Assembly: GCA_040767085.1 (NCBI GenBank)
Contig: JAXGPF010000004.1
Coordinates: forward strand, 128,001-192,000
DNA from: Kiritimatiellia bacterium
GTDB lineage: Bacteria; Verrucomicrobiota; Kiritimatiellia; JAAZAB01
Direction: 5' to 3'
Length of the DNA: 64,000 nucleotides
The translations under genes and the position numbers were made by a program. Below, in pieces: positions 10,266 through 19,874 of the stretch; positions within the stretch are counted from its first letter, which is position 1; each line of letters begins with the position of its first letter. The notes under the pieces are model-generated. The model did not search any database. It saw nothing but the letters and a program-made list of their open reading frames with translations, and was not told the origin of the DNA.

Positions 10266-10703
10266 TCAGGGCGTGGTTTTCGCCGGGAAGTATAACAGCC
10301 GGACGACTTCTTCGAAGGAAGCCTTGCCGGATTCCGACCAGCTGACGCGCGTGCGGACGGAGAAGAGTTGTTCTTCCTCATCCAGTGATTCGCCCTCGAA
10401 CCGCTGATATACGAAACCATCCACGAGTTCTTCCGGTCCCGCCGCCACATCTTCCGGCAGATTCGTCGCACTGATCGGATACATGGCCTCGCCTTGTTCC
10501 ATCACCGAGCGGGCCGTCTGGTAGTTGCGCGACAGGCGGATGACGGCCAGGCAGCGCGCCGTGGTTTCCGCCAGCGCAAACACGCTGATGCTCAAAATGG
10601 CCAAAGCCAGCACCGCTTCCAGCAGGGTGAAACCCGTCCTGGCCCGAGGCGCGGGGACAGGCGGCGGACATCTGGAATTCTGGAGTGAGGCTTGCATCCG
10701 CAT
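10266..10703 (-). CDS. Minor pseudopilin (GspI-like)
   Basis: Prepilin cleavage motif GFTLLEAVLAL; third pilin gene in the cluster; start uncertain. Confidence 0.75.
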   Translation of the reverse strand: MRMQASLQNSRCPPPVPAPRARTGFTLLEAVLALAILSISVFALAETTARCLAVIRLSRNYQTARSVMEQGEAMYPISATNLPEDVAAGPEELVDGFVYQRFEGESLDEEEQLFSVRTRVSWSESGKASFEEVVRLLYFPAKTTP

Positions 10704-10730
10704 CGGTCTTCCGTTAAACCTGCGCCGCAA

Positions 10731-11228
10731 TTAATCCGTCGTCACCCGCACCGCCGCCAGGGCATCCACCTTGACGATCAGCCCGGCGCCGTGCTGGTCC
10801 ACCATGCGCACGACAAAAGGCCGGCACATGCCGTTCCGGAAATAAGGCACCGCGCAGAAGCCGGCGTCCGCCGGTTCGCCATCGGCGACCGCCACGGACT
10901 CCAGCATCACGCCTTCCAGGTTGCGCGTAAATCGCGGCAGCTCGGCATTGCTGGACACCACGTCAATCTTGCCGGAATCCAGATCGAAGGTCAACGCCAC
11001 TTCCGCTTGTTTCAAGACGGCCATGCTGCGCGCGTAACGCGAAACCGTCACCAGGGTCCGGCCGGCGACACGCAGGCGGTTGCCGCGGATGGAATGGACA
11101 AAATACGGCATGGAAATGCCGATGACCACGCCCAGCAGCACCAGCACCAGGAGCAATTCCACCAGCGTGAACCCGCCGCGCGCGCCGGCGCGGCGGAGGC
11201 GGATCGGCTGTTCAGTTGGTAATGTCAT
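10731..11228 (-). CDS. Minor pseudopilin (GspH/FimT-like)
   Basis: GFTLVELLLV followed by YARSMAV; follows gspG; start uncertain. Confidence 0.8.
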   Translation of the reverse strand: MTLPTEQPIRLRRAGARGGFTLVELLLVLVLLGVVIGISMPYFVHSIRGNRLRVAGRTLVTVSRYARSMAVLKQAEVALTFDLDSGKIDVVSSNAELPRFTRNLEGVMLESVAVADGEPADAGFCAVPYFRNGMCRPFVVRMVDQHGAGLIVKVDALAAVRVTTD

Positions 11229-11646
11229 CGCCGCCGCCGTCGGCGCCATTGGGCCCGTAGGACTTGATTTCGTACCCGCCTTCCTTCAGCGAGTAAACGA
11301 ACTCGTGGCCCCAGGGATCCTTGGGGATTTCGCCCTTGGGCAGATACGGCCCCTTCCAATTCTCTTCCGAGGTCTTGGCGATCAAGGCCTGCAGGCTGGG
11401 CGGGAAATTGCCGTTGTCCACCTCGTACAGATTGATCGCCGTGCTTAAGTTGGCGATGCTGGTCTTGGCCGCGGTAATCTGGGCGTCGCGCCCCCGGCCG
11501 CTCAAGCGGGGCATGACCACGGCGGCCAGCACTCCGATAATCATGACCACCAGCAGGACTTCGATCAGGGTAAAGCCGCCCTGCCGCCGGTGCGCCGGAA
11601 TCCGGGCAAATTTTGCTGAGTTTTGTGAGTTTTGTAACTTCTTCAT
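11212..11646 (-). CDS. gspG: Type II secretion major pseudopilin
   Basis: GFTLIEV, WKGPYL, PKDPWG, SYGPNG...DDITN. Confidence 0.93.
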   Translation of the reverse strand: MKKLQNSQNSAKFARIPAHRRQGGFTLIEVLLVVMIIGVLAAVVMPRLSGRGRDAQITAAKTSIANLSTAINLYEVDNGNFPPSLQALIAKTSEENWKGPYLPKGEIPKDPWGHEFVYSLKEGGYEIKSYGPNGADGGGDDITN

Positions 11647-11658
11647 AATACGGCTTCC

Positions 11659-11687
11659 TGTTTAGCATCAAAACGGACACATGTCAA
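11659..11687 (-). promoter_or_regulatory. Predicted sigma70 promoter of gspG
   Basis: Minus strand TTGACA (11687-11682), 17 nt, TAAACA (11664-11659) with extended TG; 12 nt before the gspG ATG. Confidence 0.55.
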
Positions 11688-11703
11688 ATAGAATGTCGGG
11701 GAC

Positions 11704-13089
11704 TGTCGTAAACAAATGACTTGGCCGCATAATTAACAAATGATTTGTCCGCTTAAAGCTGTCAGGATGGTGCATTCAAAGGGGGGTTATATGGATGAAT
11801 ATCCGAAGGCAGCACTGGAGCGGGCAATGAAGGTACAGGAAGTGATCTTGCGTGCGATTGAAGGGCGGTTAATGTGGTGGGAGGCGGCGGAGATACTAGG
11901 TGTGAGCTACCGGACCATGCGGCGCTGGAAAGGGCGCTACGAGCGGTATGGTTACGACGGGCTGCTGGATCGTCGGCGGAAGATACCGGGGCCGCGGCGC
12001 GTGCCCCTTGCGACGGTGAAGCAGGTGCTGAGGTTGTACCGAGAAGAATACATGGATTTCAATGTGAGGCATTTTCACGAGAAGCTGCAGGCGGAGCATG
12101 GGATCGAGCTCAGTTATCAGTGGGTCAAGAGCGCCTTGCAGACGGCCGGGTTGGTGGCGAAGGCCCGGAAACGAGGGCCGCATCGGCAGCAGCGGGAACG
12201 GCGACCAATGGCGGGGATGATGTTGATGGTGGATGGCAGCACCCATGCCTGGTTGCCCCTGCTGGCGGGCCAGAAGCAGGATCTGATCCTGGTGATGGAC
12301 GATGCCACCAGCGAAGTCTACACGGCCTATCTTGTGCCCCAGGAAGGGACATTAACGGTGATGAAGGGGTTGAAAGAAGTCATTATTAAACATGGGGTTT
12401 TCTGCAGTCTGTACACGGATCGTGGCAGTCATTTCTTTTATACGCCCAAAGAAGGCGGGGCGGTGGACCGGCGTCAATTGACGCAAATTGGACGGGCGTT
12501 GCAACAGTTGGGGATCGAACATATTCCGAGCTATAGCCCCCAGGGACGTGGGCGAATAGAGCGGATGTTTAAGACCTGGCAAGGGCGCCTGCCGCAGGAA
12601 TTAAGGCAGGCGGGAATCCGGACGATGGCCGAGGCCAACGTCTATATTCAACAACAGTTTCTGCCTTCCTTCAATCGCAACATGAAGGTGAAGGCGCGGG
12701 AAACAGGAACGTGTTTCGTGCCTTGCGGTGAGCAGGATTTGGACAGCATTTTCTGTGTGCAGCATGCGCGAGAGGTTCAAAATGACAATACCGTGGCTGT
12801 CGGGAGTCGCCGCTTGCAGATTGGACCATCAAAATGGCGTTTCAGCTTCGCCAAGTGCCGGGTTAAAGTCTGCGAGCACCTCGATGGCACGGTGTCCATC
12901 CGTTATGGCCCGCATGTGGTTGGCCGCTACCAAGGACCGTTGAACATTTCGGCGTCGCTGGAGGACGTCGCATAAACTTTTTCCTCCCCCGCGGGGGAGG
13001 AAAATCCTCACCCCAGGAGCAACAACACACAATAACAAATCGGACAGATCACTTGTTACAAAAAGCGGACACTTGACTTGTTACGAACA
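11704..13089 (+). mobile_element. IS481/IS1202-like (ISNCY) insertion sequence, copy 1, 1386 bp
   Basis: TGT...ACA termini, imperfect IRs with two internal repeats per end, flanked by the 16-bp direct repeat ATAGAATGTCGGGGAC (11688-11703 and 13090-13105). Confidence 0.93.
11791..12975 (+). CDS. DDE transposase (IS481/IS1202-like)
   Basis: N-terminal HTH, VDGSTHAW, MDDATS, YTDRGS, SPQGRGRIERMF; start could be 11740, 11791 or 11827. Confidence 0.93.
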   Translation: MDEYPKAALERAMKVQEVILRAIEGRLMWWEAAEILGVSYRTMRRWKGRYERYGYDGLLDRRRKIPGPRRVPLATVKQVLRLYREEYMDFNVRHFHEKLQAEHGIELSYQWVKSALQTAGLVAKARKRGPHRQQRERRPMAGMMLMVDGSTHAWLPLLAGQKQDLILVMDDATSEVYTAYLVPQEGTLTVMKGLKEVIIKHGVFCSLYTDRGSHFFYTPKEGGAVDRRQLTQIGRALQQLGIEHIPSYSPQGRGRIERMFKTWQGRLPQELRQAGIRTMAEANVYIQQQFLPSFNRNMKVKARETGTCFVPCGEQDLDSIFCVQHAREVQNDNTVAVGSRRLQIGPSKWRFSFAKCRVKVCEHLDGTVSIRYGPHVVGRYQGPLNISASLEDVA

Positions 13090-13107
13090 ATAGAATGTCG
13101 GGGACCC

Positions 13108-14355
13108 TCATACATTCAGTCCGCTGGTCACGTCGAAAACCGCCATCAGGACGCTGATGGCGACGAACCCGACCAGCACCGCCATGACCACGATCAGGAT
13201 CGGTTCCAGCAGCGTGGTGAAAATCTTGACGCTGCGGTCGAGCATGGTCTCATAACGCCGGGCGATGTGCTCCAGAGCGCCGCTCATATCGCCGGTTTCC
13301 TCGCCGATGGCCAGCATGTCGGTCAGCATGGGGGGAAAAACCTTGCCGGCGGCCAGCGGCCCGGAAATGGTGGTGCCGTCGGTCACTCGTTCGCGGGCGT
13401 TGCGGATTTCCCGCGCCAGCACGGCGTTCTGGACCGTGCGCTCGCTGATGCTCAGGGCATCCAGCACGGAGACGCCGTTGCCGATCAGCATGCCGAGCGT
13501 CTGCGCGAACTGGGTAAACGAACTGGCCATGACCATCCCGCGCACCAGCGGGAGTTTCATCTGCATGGCATGCCACCACAGCCGGCCGGCCGGTGTGCGC
13601 AGGTAACGGCGGGCCATGACCGCCGCCATGACCGCCGCGCCCAGCACCAGCCAGCCGTAGCTGATCAGGCCCGAACTGATGCCGATCAGAATCCGCGTCG
13701 GCAGCGGCAGGGTGCTGCCCAGGTCCTTGAATATGAGGGAAAAGCGGGGGATGACGAACACCATGGTGAAAATCATAGTGCTGATACCCGTCAACATGAC
13801 AATGCCGGGATAAACCAGCGCCATGTATATTTTTTCACGGATTTCCTGCATGCGTTCGTAGTAAGCTACAATCCGCTGCATGATTTCCGGCAGGGCGCCG
13901 CCGGCTTCCCCGGCGCGGATCAGGCTGGCGTACAACTTTGGGAAGGACTCCGGGTACTTTCCCAGCGCTTCGGAAAGACTCGCGCCCTGGACAATGTCGT
14001 CGCGCAGACCGCGGACGATCCGGTCGCAATCCGCGCGGGCGCGCCGGTGGGAAAGCGTGTTTAAAGCGTTGCCGAGTTTCATGCCGGAAGCCAGCAGATC
14101 GCTGAGTTCCGTGGTGAAGGTCAGCATTTCACGGGCCGCCATCCGCGGCCGCTGGTCGCGCCGCCAATGCAAGCCGCGGCGCGGCTGGGCGGCTTTGCGC
14201 AAGGCTTCGGCGTTTTTCTCTTCGACCTGCACGGGGATCGCGCCCTGGCGTTCGATGTGGGCCAGGGCGGCGCGCCGATCAGGCGCCTCAACGTTGCCGG
14301 TGATTTTCTCGCCGGCGGCATTGCGTGCGGTATAGACAAAAATTGGCATAGTCAT
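13108..14355 (-). CDS. gspF: Type II secretion/T4P inner membrane platform protein (GspF/PilC)
   Basis: GASLSEAL, AGEAGGAL, ALVYP, IGEETG, LEPILI motifs. Confidence 0.92.
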   Translation of the reverse strand: MTMPIFVYTARNAAGEKITGNVEAPDRRAALAHIERQGAIPVQVEEKNAEALRKAAQPRRGLHWRRDQRPRMAAREMLTFTTELSDLLASGMKLGNALNTLSHRRARADCDRIVRGLRDDIVQGASLSEALGKYPESFPKLYASLIRAGEAGGALPEIMQRIVAYYERMQEIREKIYMALVYPGIVMLTGISTMIFTMVFVIPRFSLIFKDLGSTLPLPTRILIGISSGLISYGWLVLGAAVMAAVMARRYLRTPAGRLWWHAMQMKLPLVRGMVMASSFTQFAQTLGMLIGNGVSVLDALSISERTVQNAVLAREIRNARERVTDGTTISGPLAAGKVFPPMLTDMLAIGEETGDMSGALEHIARRYETMLDRSVKIFTTLLEPILIVVMAVLVGFVAISVLMAVFDVTSGLNV

Positions 14356-15626
14356 TCCCGCCGGACAATCTCCGCGCCCAGAGCGCGGAGGCGGCCGGCG
14401 ATGTTTTCATACCCGCGGTCAATCACCTGGGCATTGCTGATGACCGTAGTGCCGCGCGCGGCCAGGGCCGCGATCAGCATGGCCATCCCGGCGCGGATAT
14501 CCGGACTGGCCAGCGGCACGGCATGCAGCCGCGCCGGCCCGATCACCACCACGCGGTGAGGATCGCATTGGACAATCCGCGCGCCCATGTCAATCAGCCG
14601 ATCCACAAAATACAGGCGGCTTTCGAACATTTTCTCGAAAAACATGCAGGTGCCATGCGTCTGCGTGGCGGCCACGACGGCCACGCTCATCAGATCGGAC
14701 GGGAAGGCCGGCCAGGGGCCGTCTTCGATTTTGGGAACAGCGCCGCCGGCGTCCTCCGCCACCCGCCGGCGGCGGACCGCGCGCAAGCTGAGCGTGTCGC
14801 CGCGCATGGCCAGCGGCATCCCCAGGGTTTGGAAGGCCCGCGCCAGGGGCCGGACCGCCGCAGGATCAACACCCTGGACGGTCAAGGCTCCGCCCGTTAC
14901 GGCGGCGGCGGCGAGAAAACTGCCCACCTCGATGTGATCGCAGCAGATCGCATGCTCGGCGCCGTGCAGGGCATCCACGCCGTCCACTTCCAGCCGGTTG
15001 GTTCCCAAGCCGCCGATGTTCGCGCCCATGGCCTGCAAGAGCCGGCCCAGGTCCTGCACGTGCGGCTCGCAAGCGGCGTTAAAAATCACCGTCCGCCCCC
15101 GCGCGAGCACCGCCGCCATGAGGATGTTTTCCGTGGCAGTGACGCTGGCTTCGTCCAGCAGGATTTCCGCGCCGCGCAGATGGCCAGCGCGGAAGGTGTA
15201 GGCGCTGCCCATGTCGATGCGGGCGCCCAGGGCGCGCAGTCCTAGCAAATGCGTATCCAACCGCCGGCGTCCAATGACATCGCCGCCCGGGGGATAAAGC
15301 GTAACGCACCCATGGCGCGCCAGCAGCGGGCCGGCGAAGAGCAGCGACGAACGCACCCGTCCGCACAAATCCCGGTCCAGTTCGCATTGGCGCGCGCCGG
15401 CGGCGCACAAGGTCAATACATGCCCGCGGAGGACGACCGACACGCCCAGGCCTTCCAGAATCTGCAACATGGTCCGAACGTCGTCAATCAACGGCACATT
15501 GCGCAAGACCACCGGCGCATCGGTCAACAGGCACGCCGCCAGCATCGGCAAGACGGCGTTCTTATTGCCCGCCGGCCGGAATGTACCCCGCAGAGGCTTG
15601 CCGCCATTGATGATCAATCGGGCCAT
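14352..15626 (-). CDS. murA: UDP-N-acetylglucosamine 1-carboxyvinyltransferase
   Basis: KNAVLP, PGGDVIGRR (Asp at the active-site Cys position), ASVTATEN, DIRAG, IDRGYE. Confidence 0.95.
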   Translation of the reverse strand: MARLIINGGKPLRGTFRPAGNKNAVLPMLAACLLTDAPVVLRNVPLIDDVRTMLQILEGLGVSVVLRGHVLTLCAAGARQCELDRDLCGRVRSSLLFAGPLLARHGCVTLYPPGGDVIGRRRLDTHLLGLRALGARIDMGSAYTFRAGHLRGAEILLDEASVTATENILMAAVLARGRTVIFNAACEPHVQDLGRLLQAMGANIGGLGTNRLEVDGVDALHGAEHAICCDHIEVGSFLAAAAVTGGALTVQGVDPAAVRPLARAFQTLGMPLAMRGDTLSLRAVRRRRVAEDAGGAVPKIEDGPWPAFPSDLMSVAVVAATQTHGTCMFFEKMFESRLYFVDRLIDMGARIVQCDPHRVVVIGPARLHAVPLASPDIRAGMAMLIAALAARGTTVISNAQVIDRGYENIAGRLRALGAEIVRRE

Positions 15627-15632
15627 GCCAAA

Positions 15633-17624
15633 TCATTTTCCCAGCATTTCCCGGGCAATGCGAACCACGTTGTCGGCGGTGAAGCCGAATTCCCGCGCCA
15701 GCACCTTGTAAGGCCCCGAGAGGCCGAACTGATTTAAACCGAAAACACGGCCCTTGGGCCCGACATATTTTTCCCAACCCATCCCTACCCCGGCCTCCAA
15801 GACCAGGCGCAGCTTGCAGGCCGGCGGCAGAACTTTGCGCCGCAGTTTTTCCGGCTGATGCTCGAAGAGTTCCCAGGAGGGCATGCTGACGACCCGGACA
15901 TTGATCCCCTCGCCGGCCAGCACGGCGCCCGCCTCCAGCGCCAGCGACACTTCCGAGCCGGAAGCGATCATCAGGAATTGCGGCCGGCCTTGGCCGCTCT
16001 GCCAGAGCGTGTAAGCGCCCTGCTCGAGCAGGCGGGCGGGCGGATATTTCGCGCGGTCCAGCACGGGCACATTCTGGCGGGTCAGCAGGATGGCCGTCGG
16101 GCCGGCGGTGTTCTTCAATGCCGCCGCCCAGGCCGCGCCGGTTTCCGTCGGATCGGCGGGGCGGATCACCGTCAGGCCGGGCATCACGCGCAACGCGGCC
16201 AGGTGCTCCACCGGCTCATGCGTCGGGCCGTCCTCGCCGACATAAAAGCTGTCATGCGTGAACACGTAGATGACCGGCAGGCGCATGATGGCGGCCAGCC
16301 GGATAGCCGGCCGGCAGTAATCCGAGAAAACGAAGAACGTCGCGCCGTACACGCGGAAGCCGCCGTGCAAGGCCATGCCGTTCATGATCGCGCCCATCGC
16401 ATGCTCGCGAATGCCGAAGTGGAAATTGCGCCCGGCATAGGCGCCGGGGCCGACATCGCCCTGGCCGTCCATGATCGTGCGCGTGCTTGGCGCCAGGTCG
16501 GCCGATCCGCCGACCAGGTACGGCACGGCGCGGGCCAGGGCCTGGATGACGGTGTGCGAGGCATTGCGCGTGGCCACGGGCTTGGCGGGATCGAAGGCCG
16601 GCAGCAGCTTGTCCAGGTCCGCGGGCAGCGCCAGGTCCCCGGCCGCATCCCAGGCGGCGGCCAGGTCCGGCGCGGCCGCGCGCCAGTCCTCGAAGCCGCG
16701 CTGCCACCGGTCGCGTTCCGCCTGCCATTCCGCGCGGCGCGCGGCGAAGATGGCGGATGTTTCCGCCGGCACGTAAAACGACTGGTCTTCCGGCAGGCCG
16801 AGATTGCGCTTGGTGGCCTTGACTTCTTCGACGCCCAGCGGCGCGCCGTGCGATTCGGCCTTGCCAGCCATGTTCGGGCTGCCCTTGCCGATGATCGTGC
16901 GGCCGATGATGAGGGTCGGGCGTTCCCGCTCGCGCCGGGCGGCGGCCAACGCGCCGTCAATGGCGGCATAGTCGTGGCCGTCAATTTCAAGCACGTTCCA
17001 ATGGTAAGCTTCAAACCGTTTCCGGACATCGTCGCTGTACGCCAGGTCGGTGGCGCCTTCAATCGTGATCCGGTTGAAATCGTAATAAACCACGAGCTTG
17101 TTAAGCTTGAGATGGCCGGCCAGCGAAAAGACTTCGTGCGAAATGCCTTCCATCATGTCGCCGTCGCTGCAGAGCGCGTAGGTGTAATGATCCACCGGGC
17201 GGCGCTCCCCGCGGTTGAACCGCGCCGCCAGCATGGCCTCGGCCAGCGCCATCCCGACGGCATTGCTGATCCCCTGCCCCAGCGGCCCGGTGCTGGTTTC
17301 AACGCCGGAGGTCACGCCATGTTCCGGATGCCCCGGGGTGCGGCTGCCATACTGGCGGAATTGCTTCAAATCCTCCAGCGCCAGATCATATCCTGACAAA
17401 TGCAGCAGGCTGTAAAGCAACATGCACCCATGGCCGGCGGAAAGGACGAACCGGTCGCGGTCCGGCCAGGCCGGGTCGGCCGGGCAATGTCTCAAATGCT
17501 TCAGGAACAGCACGGACGCGAAATCCGCTGCACCCAGGGGCAGCCCCGGATGGCCGGAATTGGCCTGCTGCACGCCGTCAATCGAAAGTCCCCGCACTGT
17601 ATTCGCCACCATTTCAAAATTCAT
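15633..17624 (-). CDS. tkt: Transketolase
   Basis: [45 protein letters not shown] upstream of ATG 17624. Confidence 0.97.
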   Translation of the reverse strand: MNFEMVANTVRGLSIDGVQQANSGHPGLPLGAADFASVLFLKHLRHCPADPAWPDRDRFVLSAGHGCMLLYSLLHLSGYDLALEDLKQFRQYGSRTPGHPEHGVTSGVETSTGPLGQGISNAVGMALAEAMLAARFNRGERRPVDHYTYALCSDGDMMEGISHEVFSLAGHLKLNKLVVYYDFNRITIEGATDLAYSDDVRKRFEAYHWNVLEIDGHDYAAIDGALAAARRERERPTLIIGRTIIGKGSPNMAGKAESHGAPLGVEEVKATKRNLGLPEDQSFYVPAETSAIFAARRAEWQAERDRWQRGFEDWRAAAPDLAAAWDAAGDLALPADLDKLLPAFDPAKPVATRNASHTVIQALARAVPYLVGGSADLAPSTRTIMDGQGDVGPGAYAGRNFHFGIREHAMGAIMNGMALHGGFRVYGATFFVFSDYCRPAIRLAAIMRLPVIYVFTHDSFYVGEDGPTHEPVEHLAALRVMPGLTVIRPADPTETGAAWAAALKNTAGPTAILLTRQNVPVLDRAKYPPARLLEQGAYTLWQSGQGRPQFLMIASGSEVSLALEAGAVLAGEGINVRVVSMPSWELFEHQPEKLRRKVLPPACKLRLVLEAGVGMGWEKYVGPKGRVFGLNQFGLSGPYKVLAREFGFTADNVVRIAREMLGK

Positions 17625-17699
17625 CTCGCTCCTCAAGTTGTTCAATTCCCGCGCAGCGCGGCGGTCCGGTCCGCACAGGGCCGGTGCCAAATGGTTAAC

Positions 17700-17728
17700 A
17701 TCTTAACGCAAACCTCCTGAAAATGCAA
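17700..17728 (-). promoter_or_regulatory. Predicted sigma70 promoter of tkt-murA-gspF
   Basis: Minus strand TTGCAT (17728-17723), 17 nt, TAAGAT (17705-17700). Confidence 0.6.
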
Positions 17729-17744
17729 TGCCTATGCCGGTTTG

Positions 17745-19130
17745 TGTCGTAAACAAATGACTTGGCCGCATAATTAACAAATGATTTGTCCGCTTAAAGC
17801 TGTCAGGATGGTGCATTCAAAGGGGGGTTATATGGATGAATATCCGAAGGCAGCACTGGAGCGGGCAATGAAGGTACAGGAAGTGATCTTGCGTGCGATT
17901 GAAGGGCGGTTAATGTGGTGGGAGGCGGCGGAGATACTAGGTGTGAGCTACCGGACCATGCGGCGCTGGAAAGGGCGCTACGAGCGGTATGGTTACGACG
18001 GGCTGCTGGATCGTCGGCGGAAGATACCGGGGCCGCGGCGCGTGCCCCTTGCGACGGTGAAGCAGGTGCTGAGGTTGTACCGAGAAGAATACATGGATTT
18101 CAATGTGAGGCATTTTCACGAGAAGCTGCAGGCGGAGCATGGGATCGAGCTCAGTTATCAGTGGGTCAAGAGCGCCTTGCAGACGGCCGGGTTGGTGGCG
18201 AAGGCCCGGAAACGAGGGCCGCATCGGCAGCAGCGGGAACGGCGACCAATGGCGGGGATGATGTTGATGGTGGATGGCAGCACCCATGCCTGGTTGCCCC
18301 TGCTGGCGGGCCAGAAGCAGGATCTGATCCTGGTGATGGACGATGCCACCAGCGAAGTCTACACGGCCTATCTTGTGCCCCAGGAAGGGACATTAACGGT
18401 GATGAAGGGGTTGAAAGAAGTCATTATTAAACATGGGGTTTTCTGCAGTCTGTACACGGATCGTGGCAGTCATTTCTTTTATACGCCCAAAGAAGGCGGG
18501 GCGGTGGACCGGCGTCAATTGACGCAAATTGGACGGGCGTTGCAACAGTTGGGGATCGAACATATTCCGAGCTATAGCCCCCAGGGACGTGGGCGAATAG
18601 AGCGGATGTTTAAGACCTGGCAAGGGCGCCTGCCGCAGGAATTAAGGCAGGCGGGAATCCGGACGATGGCCGAGGCCAACGTCTATATTCAACAACAGTT
18701 TCTGCCTTCCTTCAATCGCAACATGAAGGTGAAGGCGCGGGAAACAGGAACGTGTTTCGTGCCTTGCGGTGAGCAGGATTTGGACAGCATTTTCTGTGTG
18801 CAGCATGCGCGAGAGGTTCAAAATGACAATACCGTGGCTGTCGGGAGTCGCCGCTTGCAGATTGGACCATCAAAATGGCGTTTCAGCTTCGCCAAGTGCC
18901 GGGTTAAAGTCTGCGAGCACCTCGATGGCACGGTGTCCATCCGTTATGGCCCGCATGTGGTTGGCCGCTACCAAGGACCGTTGAACATTTCGGCGTCGCT
19001 GGAGGACGTCGCATAAACTTTTTCCTCCCCCGCGGGGGAGGAAAATCCTCACCCCAGGAGCAACAACACACAATAACAAATCGGACAGATCACTTGTTAC
19101 AAAAAGCGGACACTTGACTTGTTACGAACA
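17745..19130 (+). mobile_element. IS481/IS1202-like insertion sequence, copy 2 (apparently identical to copy 1)
   Basis: Same ends and same translated ORFs as copy 1; own 16-bp direct repeat TGCCTATGCCGGTTTG (17729-17744 and 19131-19146). Confidence 0.93.
17832..19016 (+). CDS. DDE transposase (IS481/IS1202-like)
   Basis: Identical translation to copy 1. Confidence 0.93.
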   Translation: MDEYPKAALERAMKVQEVILRAIEGRLMWWEAAEILGVSYRTMRRWKGRYERYGYDGLLDRRRKIPGPRRVPLATVKQVLRLYREEYMDFNVRHFHEKLQAEHGIELSYQWVKSALQTAGLVAKARKRGPHRQQRERRPMAGMMLMVDGSTHAWLPLLAGQKQDLILVMDDATSEVYTAYLVPQEGTLTVMKGLKEVIIKHGVFCSLYTDRGSHFFYTPKEGGAVDRRQLTQIGRALQQLGIEHIPSYSPQGRGRIERMFKTWQGRLPQELRQAGIRTMAEANVYIQQQFLPSFNRNMKVKARETGTCFVPCGEQDLDSIFCVQHAREVQNDNTVAVGSRRLQIGPSKWRFSFAKCRVKVCEHLDGTVSIRYGPHVVGRYQGPLNISASLEDVA

Positions 19131-19286
19131 TGCCTATGCCGGTTTGGACTTCCCCAAAAAATCACTGTCATCCCATAGGGTTAATCTGTCACCTAAAAAT
19201 GACAATATTCTTTATGAAAACTGGAGTTTTTGTGCGCATGCAAGCGCCCCCTAGGCACGGCCGCCAAAGTGTGTTAAGCTGCCGGC

Positions 19287-19781
19287 ATGCAGACCAAACC
19301 ATACGCAGACAGACAGGGCTGGGCGCGGCGGACAGCAGCGCTGGGCGGCTGGCTGATCCTGACATATTCAGCGACGCTGACAGGGATGCTGATCCAGGCT
19401 GACGGTTGGTACGCGGCATTAAACAAGCCGGCATGGCATCCGCCCGGCTGGGTGTTCGGGCCGGTATGGACGCTGTTATACGGCATGATGGCAGTGGCGG
19501 CATGGCTGGTCTGGCAACACGGCGGTTGGCGCGCGCAACGCGTTCCACTGGGATTGTATCTGCTGCAATGGCTGTTAAATGCCGCATGGACACCACTGTT
19601 TTTCGGCCTGCATCGTCCGGACCTGGCTTTCGCCGCGATTCTTGCGTTACTGGTGGCCATCGCGGCAACCTTGACCGCCTTTGTGCGCGCCAGGCCGGCA
19701 GCCGGACTCCTGCTTGCGCCCTACGCGCTTTGGGTTGCCTTTGCCGCCATGCTCAATTTTGCCATCTGGCAATTGAATTGA
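19287..19781 (+). CDS. tspO: TspO/MBR family tryptophan-rich sensory protein
   Basis: WYAALNKPAWHPPGWVFGPVWT, LNAAWTPLFFG, PYALWVAFA.LN. Confidence 0.93.
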   Translation: MQTKPYADRQGWARRTAALGGWLILTYSATLTGMLIQADGWYAALNKPAWHPPGWVFGPVWTLLYGMMAVAAWLVWQHGGWRAQRVPLGLYLLQWLLNAAWTPLFFGLHRPDLAFAAILALLVAIAATLTAFVRARPAAGLLLAPYALWVAFAAMLNFAIWQLN

Positions 19782-19874
19782 AGCTCGCAATTGATGGTAA
19801 AAATATGGGTGATATATAAAGGCGAGTGTCAAATGGCAATTTCATGCCGGCGAACTTGCTCAAATGGCTCTCAT

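Noticed and set aside
11682-11703. XerCD dif-like site as the IS target
   Set aside because: No 11-6-11 dif-like structure or TTATGTTAAA-like arm is visible next to either insertion.
11704-19130. Composite transposon carrying gspF-murA-tkt
   Set aside because: Each IS has its own distinct 16-bp duplication on both sides, so they inserted independently into resident DNA.
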